38,209 nt of DNA from an uncultured bacterium (GTDB lineage: Bacteria; JAJVIF01; JAPKYR01), in NCBI GenBank assembly GCA_965370205.1, contig CBDUUJ010000001.1:1-38209 (forward strand), written 5' to 3'. A model generated the notes under the pieces. It saw only the letters and a list, made by a program, of their open reading frames with translations, was not told the DNA's origin and ran no database searches. Numbering within the stretch: position 1 is the stretch's first letter; each line of letters starts with the position of its first letter. Positions 17,892-27,800 of the stretch are shown here, piece by piece. Made by a program: the position numbers and the translations under genes.

Positions 17892-20800
17892 TCAGTACAA
17901 ATCAAAAATCCGAATGCCGGCAAACTCAGACGCATTATATAGAAAGCCCTCATGAGTAAGCAGGAACGTCCCGCCGTAGTCGTCTGTGGTAACCGGTCCA
18001 AACGGCGATGGGCTGTCGGGAGGCCAGACCCGGCAAGTGTATATCCCATCGTTCATAGTTACCGCATATACGAACTGACCGCCGACGATAATGGAATTGA
18101 TATACGTGACCGGCAGTGTAGTTGAGCCGGCAAAAACGGGGGAGCCTGGAATACTGATATCCACTATTTCAACGTCCGTTTCTGTGGCCATGTGCAGGTA
18201 ATCTCCCCTGATATCCATTCCATGAACATAGGTGATCAGGTAATTACCCTCAAAGACCGGGTTAAACGGATCTGTTAGCGAATACACCAGTATTTCAAGA
18301 TTATTATTAAGGTACATGTAGTTTTCTTTAAAAGATATATCGCAAACATTATTCGTCAGGCTGATAGCATTTTCGTAAGTTGGGGCCGCCGGGACGCTTA
18401 TATCAAAAATCTGAATCTCCGGACCTCCCACCGGTTCCAGGGCAACATAAAATGCATCCCCCCGAACAGCCATGGACCAGATATGATTTGAGACTGGTAC
18501 GGATATGTGATGTGTGATATTTAGTGGATCCGTAGCGTCGTAAAGCCCCCAGAGCATATTGAATCTTGCGATAAGGTTATTCCCGTCCAGGACCAGGTAA
18601 GTGGGTTGCTCAGTGAGGAAGTGTTCTGCGACAACGCTTGCATTTGGCGGATCAGAGATATCAACTGTTTTAAAACCTTTATGGTACATCCCGGATTCAG
18701 TGACAATGAGATAGCCATCCTTGACAACCATGGAGCCGGGCCTGTTCACTACCTGCAGTCGTGAGAGGGTGTTCGGGGCAGCGGGATCGGATACATCCAC
18801 AGCCTGAAGGCCTGCGCCCATTGGAATGATGTAAACCACATCGTTATCCTCGGCCAGATGTGTGCCGACAGATACAAGCGGGATAGAGCTTTCATGAACC
18901 GGTAAGGCAGGATCGGCCACGTTCACAGTGGTCAGGCCGGCATCTCCATCACCCATGTATACATACGGCCATGCGATTGTAATATTGCTTGCAAAACCCG
19001 GTGTATCCAGAGTGCTTTCCTCTACGATATCCGGGACAAGCGTCTGCCTTAATACGTACAGCCATCCCTCACCCCCGCCGGAAACATCATGTGCGACATA
19101 TATGTAGTCATCCCAGGTCGCGATATCCCGTGGCGGTCCTAAGGGAAATGTGTACGTGCCGGTCTGTGTTACGGAAGACGGAACTTCGACATCGTAAGTG
19201 AGTATATCATCCCATGTGCCGATGACAAGATGCGTGCCGGACCCTTCGGGATCAAGCAGATCAAGGAGCCTTGCCTCATACGGAACATTGAAACTGTCAA
19301 CTACGGCAGGATTAAGGGGGTCTGAAGCATAATCATAAATAATGGCTTCGGATGTGGGATTGACTTTTGTAGTGACATACAAATGAGTTGAATTGATGCA
19401 TATTCCGGAAATCTGAGTTGGGTAGTGAAGAACATCCTCATGCAGGACCGGTGCATACGGATCGCTGAAATCAATCAGGTCGATCCGATCCTCCCAGTTA
19501 CCTGCATATTTAACCATGTAGCAGTAAGGGTATTTGAAACACGCTTTTGTATTCATGCGGATATCAAGGTCGTGTGACAATTGAACCGGGTTACCCGGAT
19601 CGCTGACATCGTATACCCATGTACCCTTGCCGACCAGAAAAGCCATATTATTGTGGATCCAGACTTTATTTGGATTGACATAAAGGTCGGAAGGTGTCAC
19701 ATCCAGAGGGTTTAATGGGGTTACATCAATAAGCTCCGCGTCGAGTTCGAGAAAATACGGTCGCACACCAGGTGAAACATCCGGGTAGACCTGCAGGTAA
19801 TACAATCCGGGCATCAGGTCAAGTTTATCGAAAGAAAGCTCCGCGATATTGCCGGATGTACTCGCGCCTGTAATGATATCCTCCGATTCATCATACAACT
19901 TCATTGAAGCCGGACCAGCGTCACTGTAAAGATAAATTGTGCCGACGGCTTCATAATCCGGATCAATGTTAAAGAAATAAAAGTCCTTCATATCATCCGG
20001 TATACACACCTCGTCGGCAACGAAATCCCCGATATTCAGTTCAACTGCCTGTGAATAATCATTGTTATCATCCGCAGCACAATCAGGATCGAAAATATCG
20101 AGAGTGATAACATGGAACGCGGAAATCTGCGTGTCCGGAGCGGGAGCACCAGCCTGCTGGTATGTCGATCCGTCCGATGACGCCACCCGGCAGATAACGA
20201 GCGTTCCTCCAGCCTCCGATGGAATTGCCGTGCCCGTAAGATCGACTGTGTAAACAGCTTTTTCGGGTGTCTGTTCATGCAGAACCCCGTCAATACCGCT
20301 CGGCATAAGGTCCGGAGCCACGATCCGTACCGCGTCGATTTCCGGTACGATATTTCCCGCAGCCTGTCCCTGCCAGTCGAAAACGCCGATCTCAAGCCTT
20401 AAAACTCCACCGCCGATTCCCGACTCGCTGTCGTAATAGAGAGTATTTGCTGTCGTCTTCAAACCAATCCGGTACGCTTCCGGCTGATTTGCGTTCATAG
20501 GAAAATCATCCGGAACCTCCCCCGGCGGATTCGGGCTTGGTGGATTCCACGCGCAATCTATCGCATATCCATACACAATCTGCGGACCCGGGTCCATCGG
20601 GAATCTGATCTCGTATCGACGGGTGTTGCTGCTTCCCGCTGTAAAAACGCCACGACCCTGATCGCTGTCGAGCGGCTCATAGCACACCGAACCAAGACTG
20701 CTTGTCGGGTAGAGGATGTCCGCGAAATATTTATATGGATTCACTGTCGCAGTGAGTAAACTACCCGGCGCAGACGCGAGAATTCCATTCTCATATCCAA

Positions 20801-21317
20801 GCATTCCCGGTGATGTGAATTCGGTCGGGTTCCACCAGCGCGAGTAACCGTCGGCGTTTTCGAGCCTCGTCTCATCCGCACCAGCATAAACAAGCGATCC
20901 GACCGCGTATGTTCCCGGCGTGACAAGAATTCCCTTCACGTCGAATCCCGCAAGCTGCGGCGATGTATCGAACGGATGCGCAAGCGTGATATCGAAAACA
21001 AACAATCCGTTCGCTGGATCATGCTCCGATGGTACCCCGGCTGCCGACACTCCCATGGTCGTGTTTAATATCCCAGTCAGGTTGAAATGCCACTCGCCGG
21101 TTCTGAGCGGGAGCACGTCAATTTCGTAAGTCCTGCTGTCAACAGCCAGCATGTAGTAGCCCAGGCATTGATGCGACTGCCCGGCATCACCGGAAAACAT
21201 CGTGGATGGTCCGGACTCGATGCCGGCATCGGGAAGAGCCGGTCCGCTCCGGCATCCGATCAGGAACAACAGCGCAATGAAAATCATAAACGCTGACGAA
21301 TAAAAATATCTCTGCAT
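17892..21317 (-). CDS. Array paralogue 5 of 7: predicted surface lipoprotein, same architecture, 1141 aa
   Basis: The ATG at 21317 has GGAGG 7 nt upstream. The product begins MQRYFYSSAFMIFIALLFLIG|C (LIGC). It has the conserved N-module, a PPC-like module (DNNDYSQA......DDMKDFYFFNI...MKLYDE...GLYYLQV...YFLEL), blades and C-terminal IRIFDLY. Confidence 0.9.
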   Translation of the reverse strand: MQRYFYSSAFMIFIALLFLIGCRSGPALPDAGIESGPSTMFSGDAGQSHQCLGYYMLAVDSRTYEIDVLPLRTGEWHFNLTGILNTTMGVSAAGVPSEHDPANGLFVFDITLAHPFDTSPQLAGFDVKGILVTPGTYAVGSLVYAGADETRLENADGYSRWWNPTEFTSPGMLGYENGILASAPGSLLTATVNPYKYFADILYPTSSLGSVCYEPLDSDQGRGVFTAGSSNTRRYEIRFPMDPGPQIVYGYAIDCAWNPPSPNPPGEVPDDFPMNANQPEAYRIGLKTTANTLYYDSESGIGGGVLRLEIGVFDWQGQAAGNIVPEIDAVRIVAPDLMPSGIDGVLHEQTPEKAVYTVDLTGTAIPSEAGGTLVICRVASSDGSTYQQAGAPAPDTQISAFHVITLDIFDPDCAADDNNDYSQAVELNIGDFVADEVCIPDDMKDFYFFNIDPDYEAVGTIYLYSDAGPASMKLYDESEDIITGASTSGNIAELSFDKLDLMPGLYYLQVYPDVSPGVRPYFLELDAELIDVTPLNPLDVTPSDLYVNPNKVWIHNNMAFLVGKGTWVYDVSDPGNPVQLSHDLDIRMNTKACFKYPYCYMVKYAGNWEDRIDLIDFSDPYAPVLHEDVLHYPTQISGICINSTHLYVTTKVNPTSEAIIYDYASDPLNPAVVDSFNVPYEARLLDLLDPEGSGTHLVIGTWDDILTYDVEVPSSVTQTGTYTFPLGPPRDIATWDDYIYVAHDVSGGGEGWLYVLRQTLVPDIVEESTLDTPGFASNITIAWPYVYMGDGDAGLTTVNVADPALPVHESSIPLVSVGTHLAEDNDVVYIIPMGAGLQAVDVSDPAAPNTLSRLQVVNRPGSMVVKDGYLIVTESGMYHKGFKTVDISDPPNASVVAEHFLTEQPTYLVLDGNNLIARFNMLWGLYDATDPLNITHHISVPVSNHIWSMAVRGDAFYVALEPVGGPEIQIFDISVPAAPTYENAISLTNNVCDISFKENYMYLNNNLEILVYSLTDPFNPVFEGNYLITYVHGMDIRGDYLHMATETDVEIVDISIPGSPVFAGSTTLPVTYINSIIVGGQFVYAVTMNDGIYTCRVWPPDSPSPFGPVTTDDYGGTFLLTHEGFLYNASEFAGIRIFDLY
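20079..21173 (-). repeat. Conserved 5' module, copy 5 of 7
   Basis: Same alignment as copy 1. The boundary Cys codon is at 20079-20081. Confidence 0.9.
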
Positions 21318-21347
21318 GAGAAAACCTCCACAATTTAATGTGAATTA

Positions 21348-21375
21348 ATTATACCATCTAACCGGAATTTGTCAG
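21348..21375 (-). promoter_or_regulatory. Sigma-70-type promoter for paralogue 5 (CTGACA - 16 nt - TGgTATAAT)
   Basis: The minus strand reads CTGACAAATTCCGGTTAGATGGTATAATTAATTCACATTAAATTGTGGAGGTTTTCTCATG. The -35 is 5/6 and overlaps the TGA stop of paralogue 6. The spacer is 16 nt, the extended -10 is perfect, and the -10 lies 30 nt from the ATG. Confidence 0.5.
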
Positions 21376-24300
21376 TAAAGCTCGTGAATCCGCATGCCGT
21401 CATACTGGGTCATGCCGTAAATAAAACCATCATCCACAATTAATTCCGTGCTCAAACCAAAGAAGGAAAGGAAATTCTGGTCATACAGTACGCCATGAAC
21501 TGTCGGATTGTTCGGAGGCCATACCCAGCACGCGTAGGCTCCCGAGGTTGCGCCCTGCACATACGCGAACTGCCCCGCAACATCGATTTCAGTCAGTTCA
21601 AGCAACGGATCGATCTGCAAATCACCTGAATATACAGGCGATGACGGATCGCTTATCTGCGCGATCTCATATGTAGTTGGTGTGACCATGTTAAGATAAT
21701 TCCTCTGCACTGCCAGTTCCATCAACTCGGCGCTTGTGCTGTAATGCGTCTCGAACACAGGCGCAAGTGGACTGCTTATATCCCAGACATCAACACCGTT
21801 CGCCGTCGCGAGATACATGTAACCGTCGCCGATCTCGATATCGTTCACCTCTGCTGAAACCACCGGCGAACCCTCCAGGCTCGGCGAATACGGGGACGAA
21901 ATATCATAGACAAGAAGATTCTGTGAAGAAATTGTGATGTACAGAACATTATTTCCAATAATCTCCGCAGCGGTAGGATTAAAATTAAGACTGAATGTGT
22001 CATACCAACTGATGGATTCCGGATCAGTTACGTTCAACAGGTAGCACTGATACGATGAGCACACCGCCAGCTTGTTCCCTCCCACCGCCATGACTCTGGG
22101 ATAGTCGGTCAGATTGTATATATCAACAACCTCGGCATTCGGCGGATCGGAAATATCAACACTCTTCACCGCATAGTGATATCCCGCACGCTCACCCACA
22201 AACAGGTGATCATCCTGCATTACAGCCATACGCGGTGCATTCACAACCGGAATCGTCGCGAGAAGGACCGGATTATCCGGAGGGTCCACATCGAACGCCT
22301 GCATACCCGCACCCTCGGGGATCGCGCAGACCATGTCGCCATACACTCCGAGATGTACACAGTTTGAGACAAGAGGAGTCGTGGACTCTATCTCGATATT
22401 CGCGGGATCGTCAACATTGCAGATCGTAAGCCCATCCATGCCGTCTGCGATAAAAACATTCGGCGACCAACTGTATATGCTCTCCGCTTCACCGGGCAGG
22501 TTTATCCATCCAACCTCCGCGAGATCATTCGGAATCACTGTATTATGCTCAAGTACATGCAGAGATCCCTGGTCGGTTGCGGTATTGAAATGTGTGTAGT
22601 AAATCGTATAAAAATCAATGTACATGTCGGTTATAATCCCCGAACCGGGAATGAAATTACCGTCGGCGGTAATATTTTCAAGGTCGTCAATATCGAAGAC
22701 GCGGATGTCATTTTCGTAGGTGATCAGTTTTTTATTCGGACCGTGGGGATTCATAAGTTTCAGCATCTCAGAATTGTCCGTGTTGGGGATGGTCGTGATC
22801 ATGACTGGGTGAGTCGGGTCGGTAATTGAATAGATGTTGATCGGCGTGGTGATAAAATTTGGTTTTCCAACAAAAAGGTGTGTGCCGTTCGTGCAGATTC
22901 CATGAAGCGCCACAGGCGCATCAATCACATTATCGTAGTGCACCGGATTCTCCGGATCGCTGAAATCGATATAGTTAACCTTTCCGTAAACCGAACCGGT
23001 ATTTTCGATATAGAAAAATTTCGGATTGTAATAGCACGCATCGGGACCAATATTCCAATCCTCATGGAAGATAAAATCGAAATCATTCGAAAAATTCTTT
23101 TTATAAACCCAGCAGCCGTCAGGACCCGTGAGAATCCAGTATGAGTGCGCGTTCCAGACCTTCTCAGGATTGCAGTACAACCAGTCCGGGGTCACTTCGG
23201 TCGACGGCACATCCGGCATGACATCCACAAGCCCGGCATCCAGCTCAAGAAAATACGGAACAACCTGATCGACGCATGTCGTACTTACTTTTATATAGTT
23301 ACTCGTTGGCATAAACGTGTAGTTGTCCAGATTAAAAATCCCGGTACCACCACAAGTGGAGCCTTCAGTTATTAATTTATGGAACTCGTCATACAATCCC
23401 AGCTTGCACGATTCAACATCGCAGTAAAGCCTGATCTCGCCGATGGGCTGCTCGCCGGGATCGAAATTGAAGGTGTAAAAATCGGCAACGTCATCGGGAA
23501 CGCAAACCTGGCTGGTTATCGATTCCCCAATGGAGATCGGTTCCGCTTCCGCAAAATCGTTATTGCCATCCGGAGCGCAGACCACATCGGGTACTTCAAG
23601 CTCAAGAACCTGATAGGCGGATAATGGAGCATCCGGAGCGGGCATTGCGGTCTGCTGGTATGTCGATCCATCCGATGACCCCACCCGGCAGATTATCAGT
23701 GTGTCACCCGGCTCGGATGGTATCGCCGTACCGGTCAGATCGATTGAATAGACCACCTTTTCCGTTGTATGACTCTGGAGAATCGCGTCAACGCCGCCTG
23801 TCATTAAATCGGGTGCATATATCCTCACCGCATTTATTTCCGGAGGAATATTTCCAACGGCCTGACCCTGCCAGTCAAAGACGGCGATCTCAAGCCTTAA
23901 AACACCCCCGCCGACTCCCGCGTTACTGTCGTAATAAAGCGAGTCCGCGGTGGTATACAATGCAACCCGGTACGCCTCCGGCTGGTTCGCATTAATCGGA
24001 AAATCATCGGGAACTTCAGCGGGTGGATTCGGAACTGGCGGATTCCATGAGCAGTCGATTGCGTATCCATACTTAACGACCGGACCCGGCATCGGGAACC
24101 TGATCTCGTACCGTCGGGTGTTACTCTCCCCCGCCGTAAAAACCCCTCTGCCCTGATCGCTGTCAAGCGGTTCGTAGCATACTGCACCGAGACTGCTTAT
24201 TGGGTAGAGGATATCCGCGAAATATTTGTATGGATTTACAGTCGCCGCAAGCAATCCTCCCGGCGCGGACGCGAGAATTCCTTCCGTGTAACCGAGCATC

Positions 24301-24812
24301 CCGGGTGATGTAAACTCCGTCGGATTCCACCAGCGCGTGTAACCATCCGCGTTTTCAAGCCGCACATCATCCACATCGGCAAAAACGTTCGCTCCGAGCA
24401 CGAGAGAACCCGGAGTTATTAAAACACCCTTGACATCGAATCCCGCAAGCTGCGGCGATGTATCGAATGGATGCGCAAGCGTGATATCGAAAACGAACAA
24501 TCCGTTCGCGGGATCATGTTCCGACGGAACCCCTGCGGCTGAAACTCCCATCGTGCCGTTGAGAACCCCCGTCAGGTTGAAATGCCATTCTGATGATCGA
24601 AGCGGAAGCATCTCAAGCTCAAGGTTTTCCATGTCAACAGTCAGCATGTAGTATCCAAGGCAATTGTGGGTTGATGCCTGGGCTGCCGACTGATGAACAA
24701 TGACATCCTCGGGGTCAACTGCTGCAGGGCTTGTCGGGTTGCTCTGACAGCCAACTGCAATAAAGGACAGGAAAAGACCTGCAAATAACAGCGATTGGAT
24801 TATCCTATTCAT
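21372..24812 (-). CDS. Array paralogue 6 of 7: predicted surface lipoprotein, same architecture, 1146 aa
   Basis: ORF 21372-24884 trimmed to the ATG at 24812 (GGAGG 8 nt upstream). The product begins MNRIIQSLLFAGLFLSFIAVG|C (AVGC). The longer ORF would overlap the stop of paralogue 7 and add a non-signal-like leader. The N-module has THNC instead of HQC, and the C-terminus is MRIHELY. Confidence 0.9.
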   Translation of the reverse strand: MNRIIQSLLFAGLFLSFIAVGCQSNPTSPAAVDPEDVIVHQSAAQASTHNCLGYYMLTVDMENLELEMLPLRSSEWHFNLTGVLNGTMGVSAAGVPSEHDPANGLFVFDITLAHPFDTSPQLAGFDVKGVLITPGSLVLGANVFADVDDVRLENADGYTRWWNPTEFTSPGMLGYTEGILASAPGGLLAATVNPYKYFADILYPISSLGAVCYEPLDSDQGRGVFTAGESNTRRYEIRFPMPGPVVKYGYAIDCSWNPPVPNPPAEVPDDFPINANQPEAYRVALYTTADSLYYDSNAGVGGGVLRLEIAVFDWQGQAVGNIPPEINAVRIYAPDLMTGGVDAILQSHTTEKVVYSIDLTGTAIPSEPGDTLIICRVGSSDGSTYQQTAMPAPDAPLSAYQVLELEVPDVVCAPDGNNDFAEAEPISIGESITSQVCVPDDVADFYTFNFDPGEQPIGEIRLYCDVESCKLGLYDEFHKLITEGSTCGGTGIFNLDNYTFMPTSNYIKVSTTCVDQVVPYFLELDAGLVDVMPDVPSTEVTPDWLYCNPEKVWNAHSYWILTGPDGCWVYKKNFSNDFDFIFHEDWNIGPDACYYNPKFFYIENTGSVYGKVNYIDFSDPENPVHYDNVIDAPVALHGICTNGTHLFVGKPNFITTPINIYSITDPTHPVMITTIPNTDNSEMLKLMNPHGPNKKLITYENDIRVFDIDDLENITADGNFIPGSGIITDMYIDFYTIYYTHFNTATDQGSLHVLEHNTVIPNDLAEVGWINLPGEAESIYSWSPNVFIADGMDGLTICNVDDPANIEIESTTPLVSNCVHLGVYGDMVCAIPEGAGMQAFDVDPPDNPVLLATIPVVNAPRMAVMQDDHLFVGERAGYHYAVKSVDISDPPNAEVVDIYNLTDYPRVMAVGGNKLAVCSSYQCYLLNVTDPESISWYDTFSLNFNPTAAEIIGNNVLYITISSQNLLVYDISSPYSPSLEGSPVVSAEVNDIEIGDGYMYLATANGVDVWDISSPLAPVFETHYSTSAELMELAVQRNYLNMVTPTTYEIAQISDPSSPVYSGDLQIDPLLELTEIDVAGQFAYVQGATSGAYACWVWPPNNPTVHGVLYDQNFLSFFGLSTELIVDDGFIYGMTQYDGMRIHELY
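23577..24668 (-). repeat. Conserved 5' module, copy 6 of 7
   Basis: Same alignment as copy 1, one codon shorter (FPMPGP versus FPMDPGP). The boundary Cys codon is at 23577-23579. Confidence 0.88.
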
Positions 24813-24843
24813 GAGGTTATCCTCCGGTTTTCGATCTGATAAA

Positions 24844-27800
24844 TCAGTACAAGTCCCAGATACGAACAATAAAATCAGGATCAAGCTCGTAATAATAGCC
24901 GTCGTGAATCAGTACCTGGTTAGGCTTCACTGCGTATTCCGATCCGTAAAGAGGCCCGATAACGGTCGGGTCATCCAGGGGCCAGACGCGCATGACGGCA
25001 GGTGGGGTTGTCCAATAAGGCTGCAGAATGGCGAACTGGTTCTCAACCGCGATATATTGGCCGTGGGGAGCATCCGGATGCGGCTCGGATGCCACGAACG
25101 TGGGTGTCTGCGGATTTGAAATATCAGCAATCTCCAGCGTGTCCTCAGTCGCCATGTAAAGGTAATCACCGTCAATCGTCATATTCGTAACTGAAGCCAA
25201 TGCGGTATATGTGTCAATATAATTTGGATCGAGAGGGTTATTGATTGAATAGACAAGGATATCTCCTCCGGACCTTGCGTACATGATGTTATCCTTGAAG
25301 AGAAATTGTTTTGCCAGTTCTGTTACAGCAATTGATTTAACATATGACGGGAGTGACCAGTTCGATATATCCCACACGCCAAAAGTCCAATCTAAGTGCC
25401 CGATATAAAGCGCGGTATCTGTCAGGCCAATGCTTAAAACCCACTTCGCGGTGTCATATACATCCATTCCCACAAGCAGGGACGGGTCGGAGGAATCTAC
25501 CGTCATAAAATATTGCCCGTTAACAGCGGCTATCAATTTGTCGCCATTGACTTCAATGCGGCTTGGCCAATAGCCGAGGATCAACTCATCGGCGATAAAT
25601 GCATTTGCAGGGTCCGAGATATCCACACTCTTAATTGCGTAATAAGGATCAGCGGATTCAGTCGCGAACATGTAGTCACCGTCGATAGCGAGTTCCGATG
25701 GGTCCCCCAGGCCGATTGTGCGTCCGAAATCGTTGAGTCCGGGAAAACCGATCATTCTCAAACCGGCTTCGCCAAGGGCATACCAGGCATACTGACCCTC
25801 AATGTCCATGTCGAGCATTTTGGCATCGTCGAGTGTGTAATTCGCGACATGGACCGGGTCGTTCGGATTACTGATATCCATCTTCATGATATGCAGATCG
25901 TTTGCCACGAACCCGAAATCCCCCTCGACATCAACAAGATTGGGCGAGTAGACGAGAGAATCACTGTCTTTGGAGACCAAACCGTTTGCATCTATGTATG
26001 TCGAAACGAAGTAATTGTTGGCACCCGAATCGTACATTACATGAAAACAGTAATTATCGATTGTTGTGATGTCTCGTATTGAAGTGCCGGACAGATATGA
26101 AATAATCCCAGGGGCAGGAATGGCTGATTTATCGGTCACATTATAAAAATTTACCATTAAATAGTTCTCTGAGACGACAAGCCAGTAATCGGGGCCGTAT
26201 GCATTATATAGCAGCTCCATTTCCTGCGGTGGCTTGTAGTGCGGGATAGTTGCCACTAATACCGGGGCGGTGGGATCGGTGGCAATATCATATATATCGA
26301 TATTCGAGGTTTCCAGACCGAGGTAGAGGTAATCGGGTTCCGCCTGGAGACAATTTACAGCCCCACCTGCCAGCATAATATCCTTATGTAGAACAGGATT
26401 GGAGGGGTCGGTCATGTCGATCATACTGATATTTAGAGTACTAAACGAATCCACCAAATAAATATAGGGATGAACAAGGGCTGGTTTCTGGCCGATATTT
26501 ATTTCCACATGGCTCAGGAGTGGAGGATCGAACTTGTCTGCGCCATAGTCATACACCCAGAGTCCATTCTTCCCTGATGCAAATGCCAACTGACCGTACG
26601 CTGTTACCCAGGTTGGATTAAAGCAGAGACCGTCAGGGGTGACATTCACGGGGTCCAACGGGGTTACATCCTCCAGCTCGATATTTGGCTCAATCATATA
26701 AATAAACGCATGACCTGATGTTTGAGTCAGCACGCGAAGATAAAAGTGTCCCAGCATGATACCCAGCGCCCCGAAATCAATCGATGCGACGCCGCCACTT
26801 ACCGCGACCTCCGAGATCAGGGCTTCGGAATCATCGTAAAGACCGAAATCCGTCGGCTCGGCATCGCAGTAAAGGGTCATTTCACCCGCAACCAGATTAC
26901 CCCACGGGATATCGAACTCGAAGAAATCCTTGTAATCATCCGGCGCGCACATCTGATCAATCGTCGGTTCATTGAGATCAAGATCAAACGCCTCGTTGAA
27001 CTGATTGTTTGTATCCGCAGTACATTCTGGATCGGGGATATCGAGAGCGATCACATTATAGGCCGACAGGGAATCATCAGGAGCAGGCATCGCAGTTTGC
27101 TTGTATGTCGATCCGTCCGATGACGCCACCCGGCAGACAACGAGCGTTCCTCCCGCCTCGGTTGGAACGGCTACGCCGGTCAGATCGACCGTGTAAACCG
27201 CTTTTTCGGGCGTCTGTTCATGCAGAATTCCATCGACGCCGCTCGACATCAGGTCAGGAGCAACGAACCGTACAGTGCTTAATTCCGGGGGTATATTTCC
27301 AGCAGCCTGACCCTGCCAGTCGAAAATGCCGGCCTCAAGCCTCAGAACACCTCCGCCGATTCCCGACTCACTGTCGTAGTAGAGAGTGTTCGCAGTTGTT
27401 TTTATCCCTATGCGGTACGCCTCTGGCTGATTTGCGTTCATCGGAAAATCATCCGGAACTTCAGTGGGAGGATTTGGCGAAGGCGGATTCCAGGAACAAT
27501 CTATTGCATATCCATACACGATCTGCGGACCTGGATCCATCGGAAATCGAATCTCGTATCGACGGGTGTTATTGCTTCCCGCTGTGAAAACGCCTCGTCC
27601 CTGATCGCTGTCGAGCGGTTCATAACAGACAGCTCCGAGACTGCTTATTGGGTAGAGGATGTCCGCGAAATATTTGTATGGATTCACAGTCGCAGTCAGC
27701 GAACTTCCCGGCGCGGACGCGAGAATCCCATCCTCATATCCGAGCATTCCGGGTGATGTAAATTCGGTCGGATTCCACCACCTTGTATATCCATCGGCGT

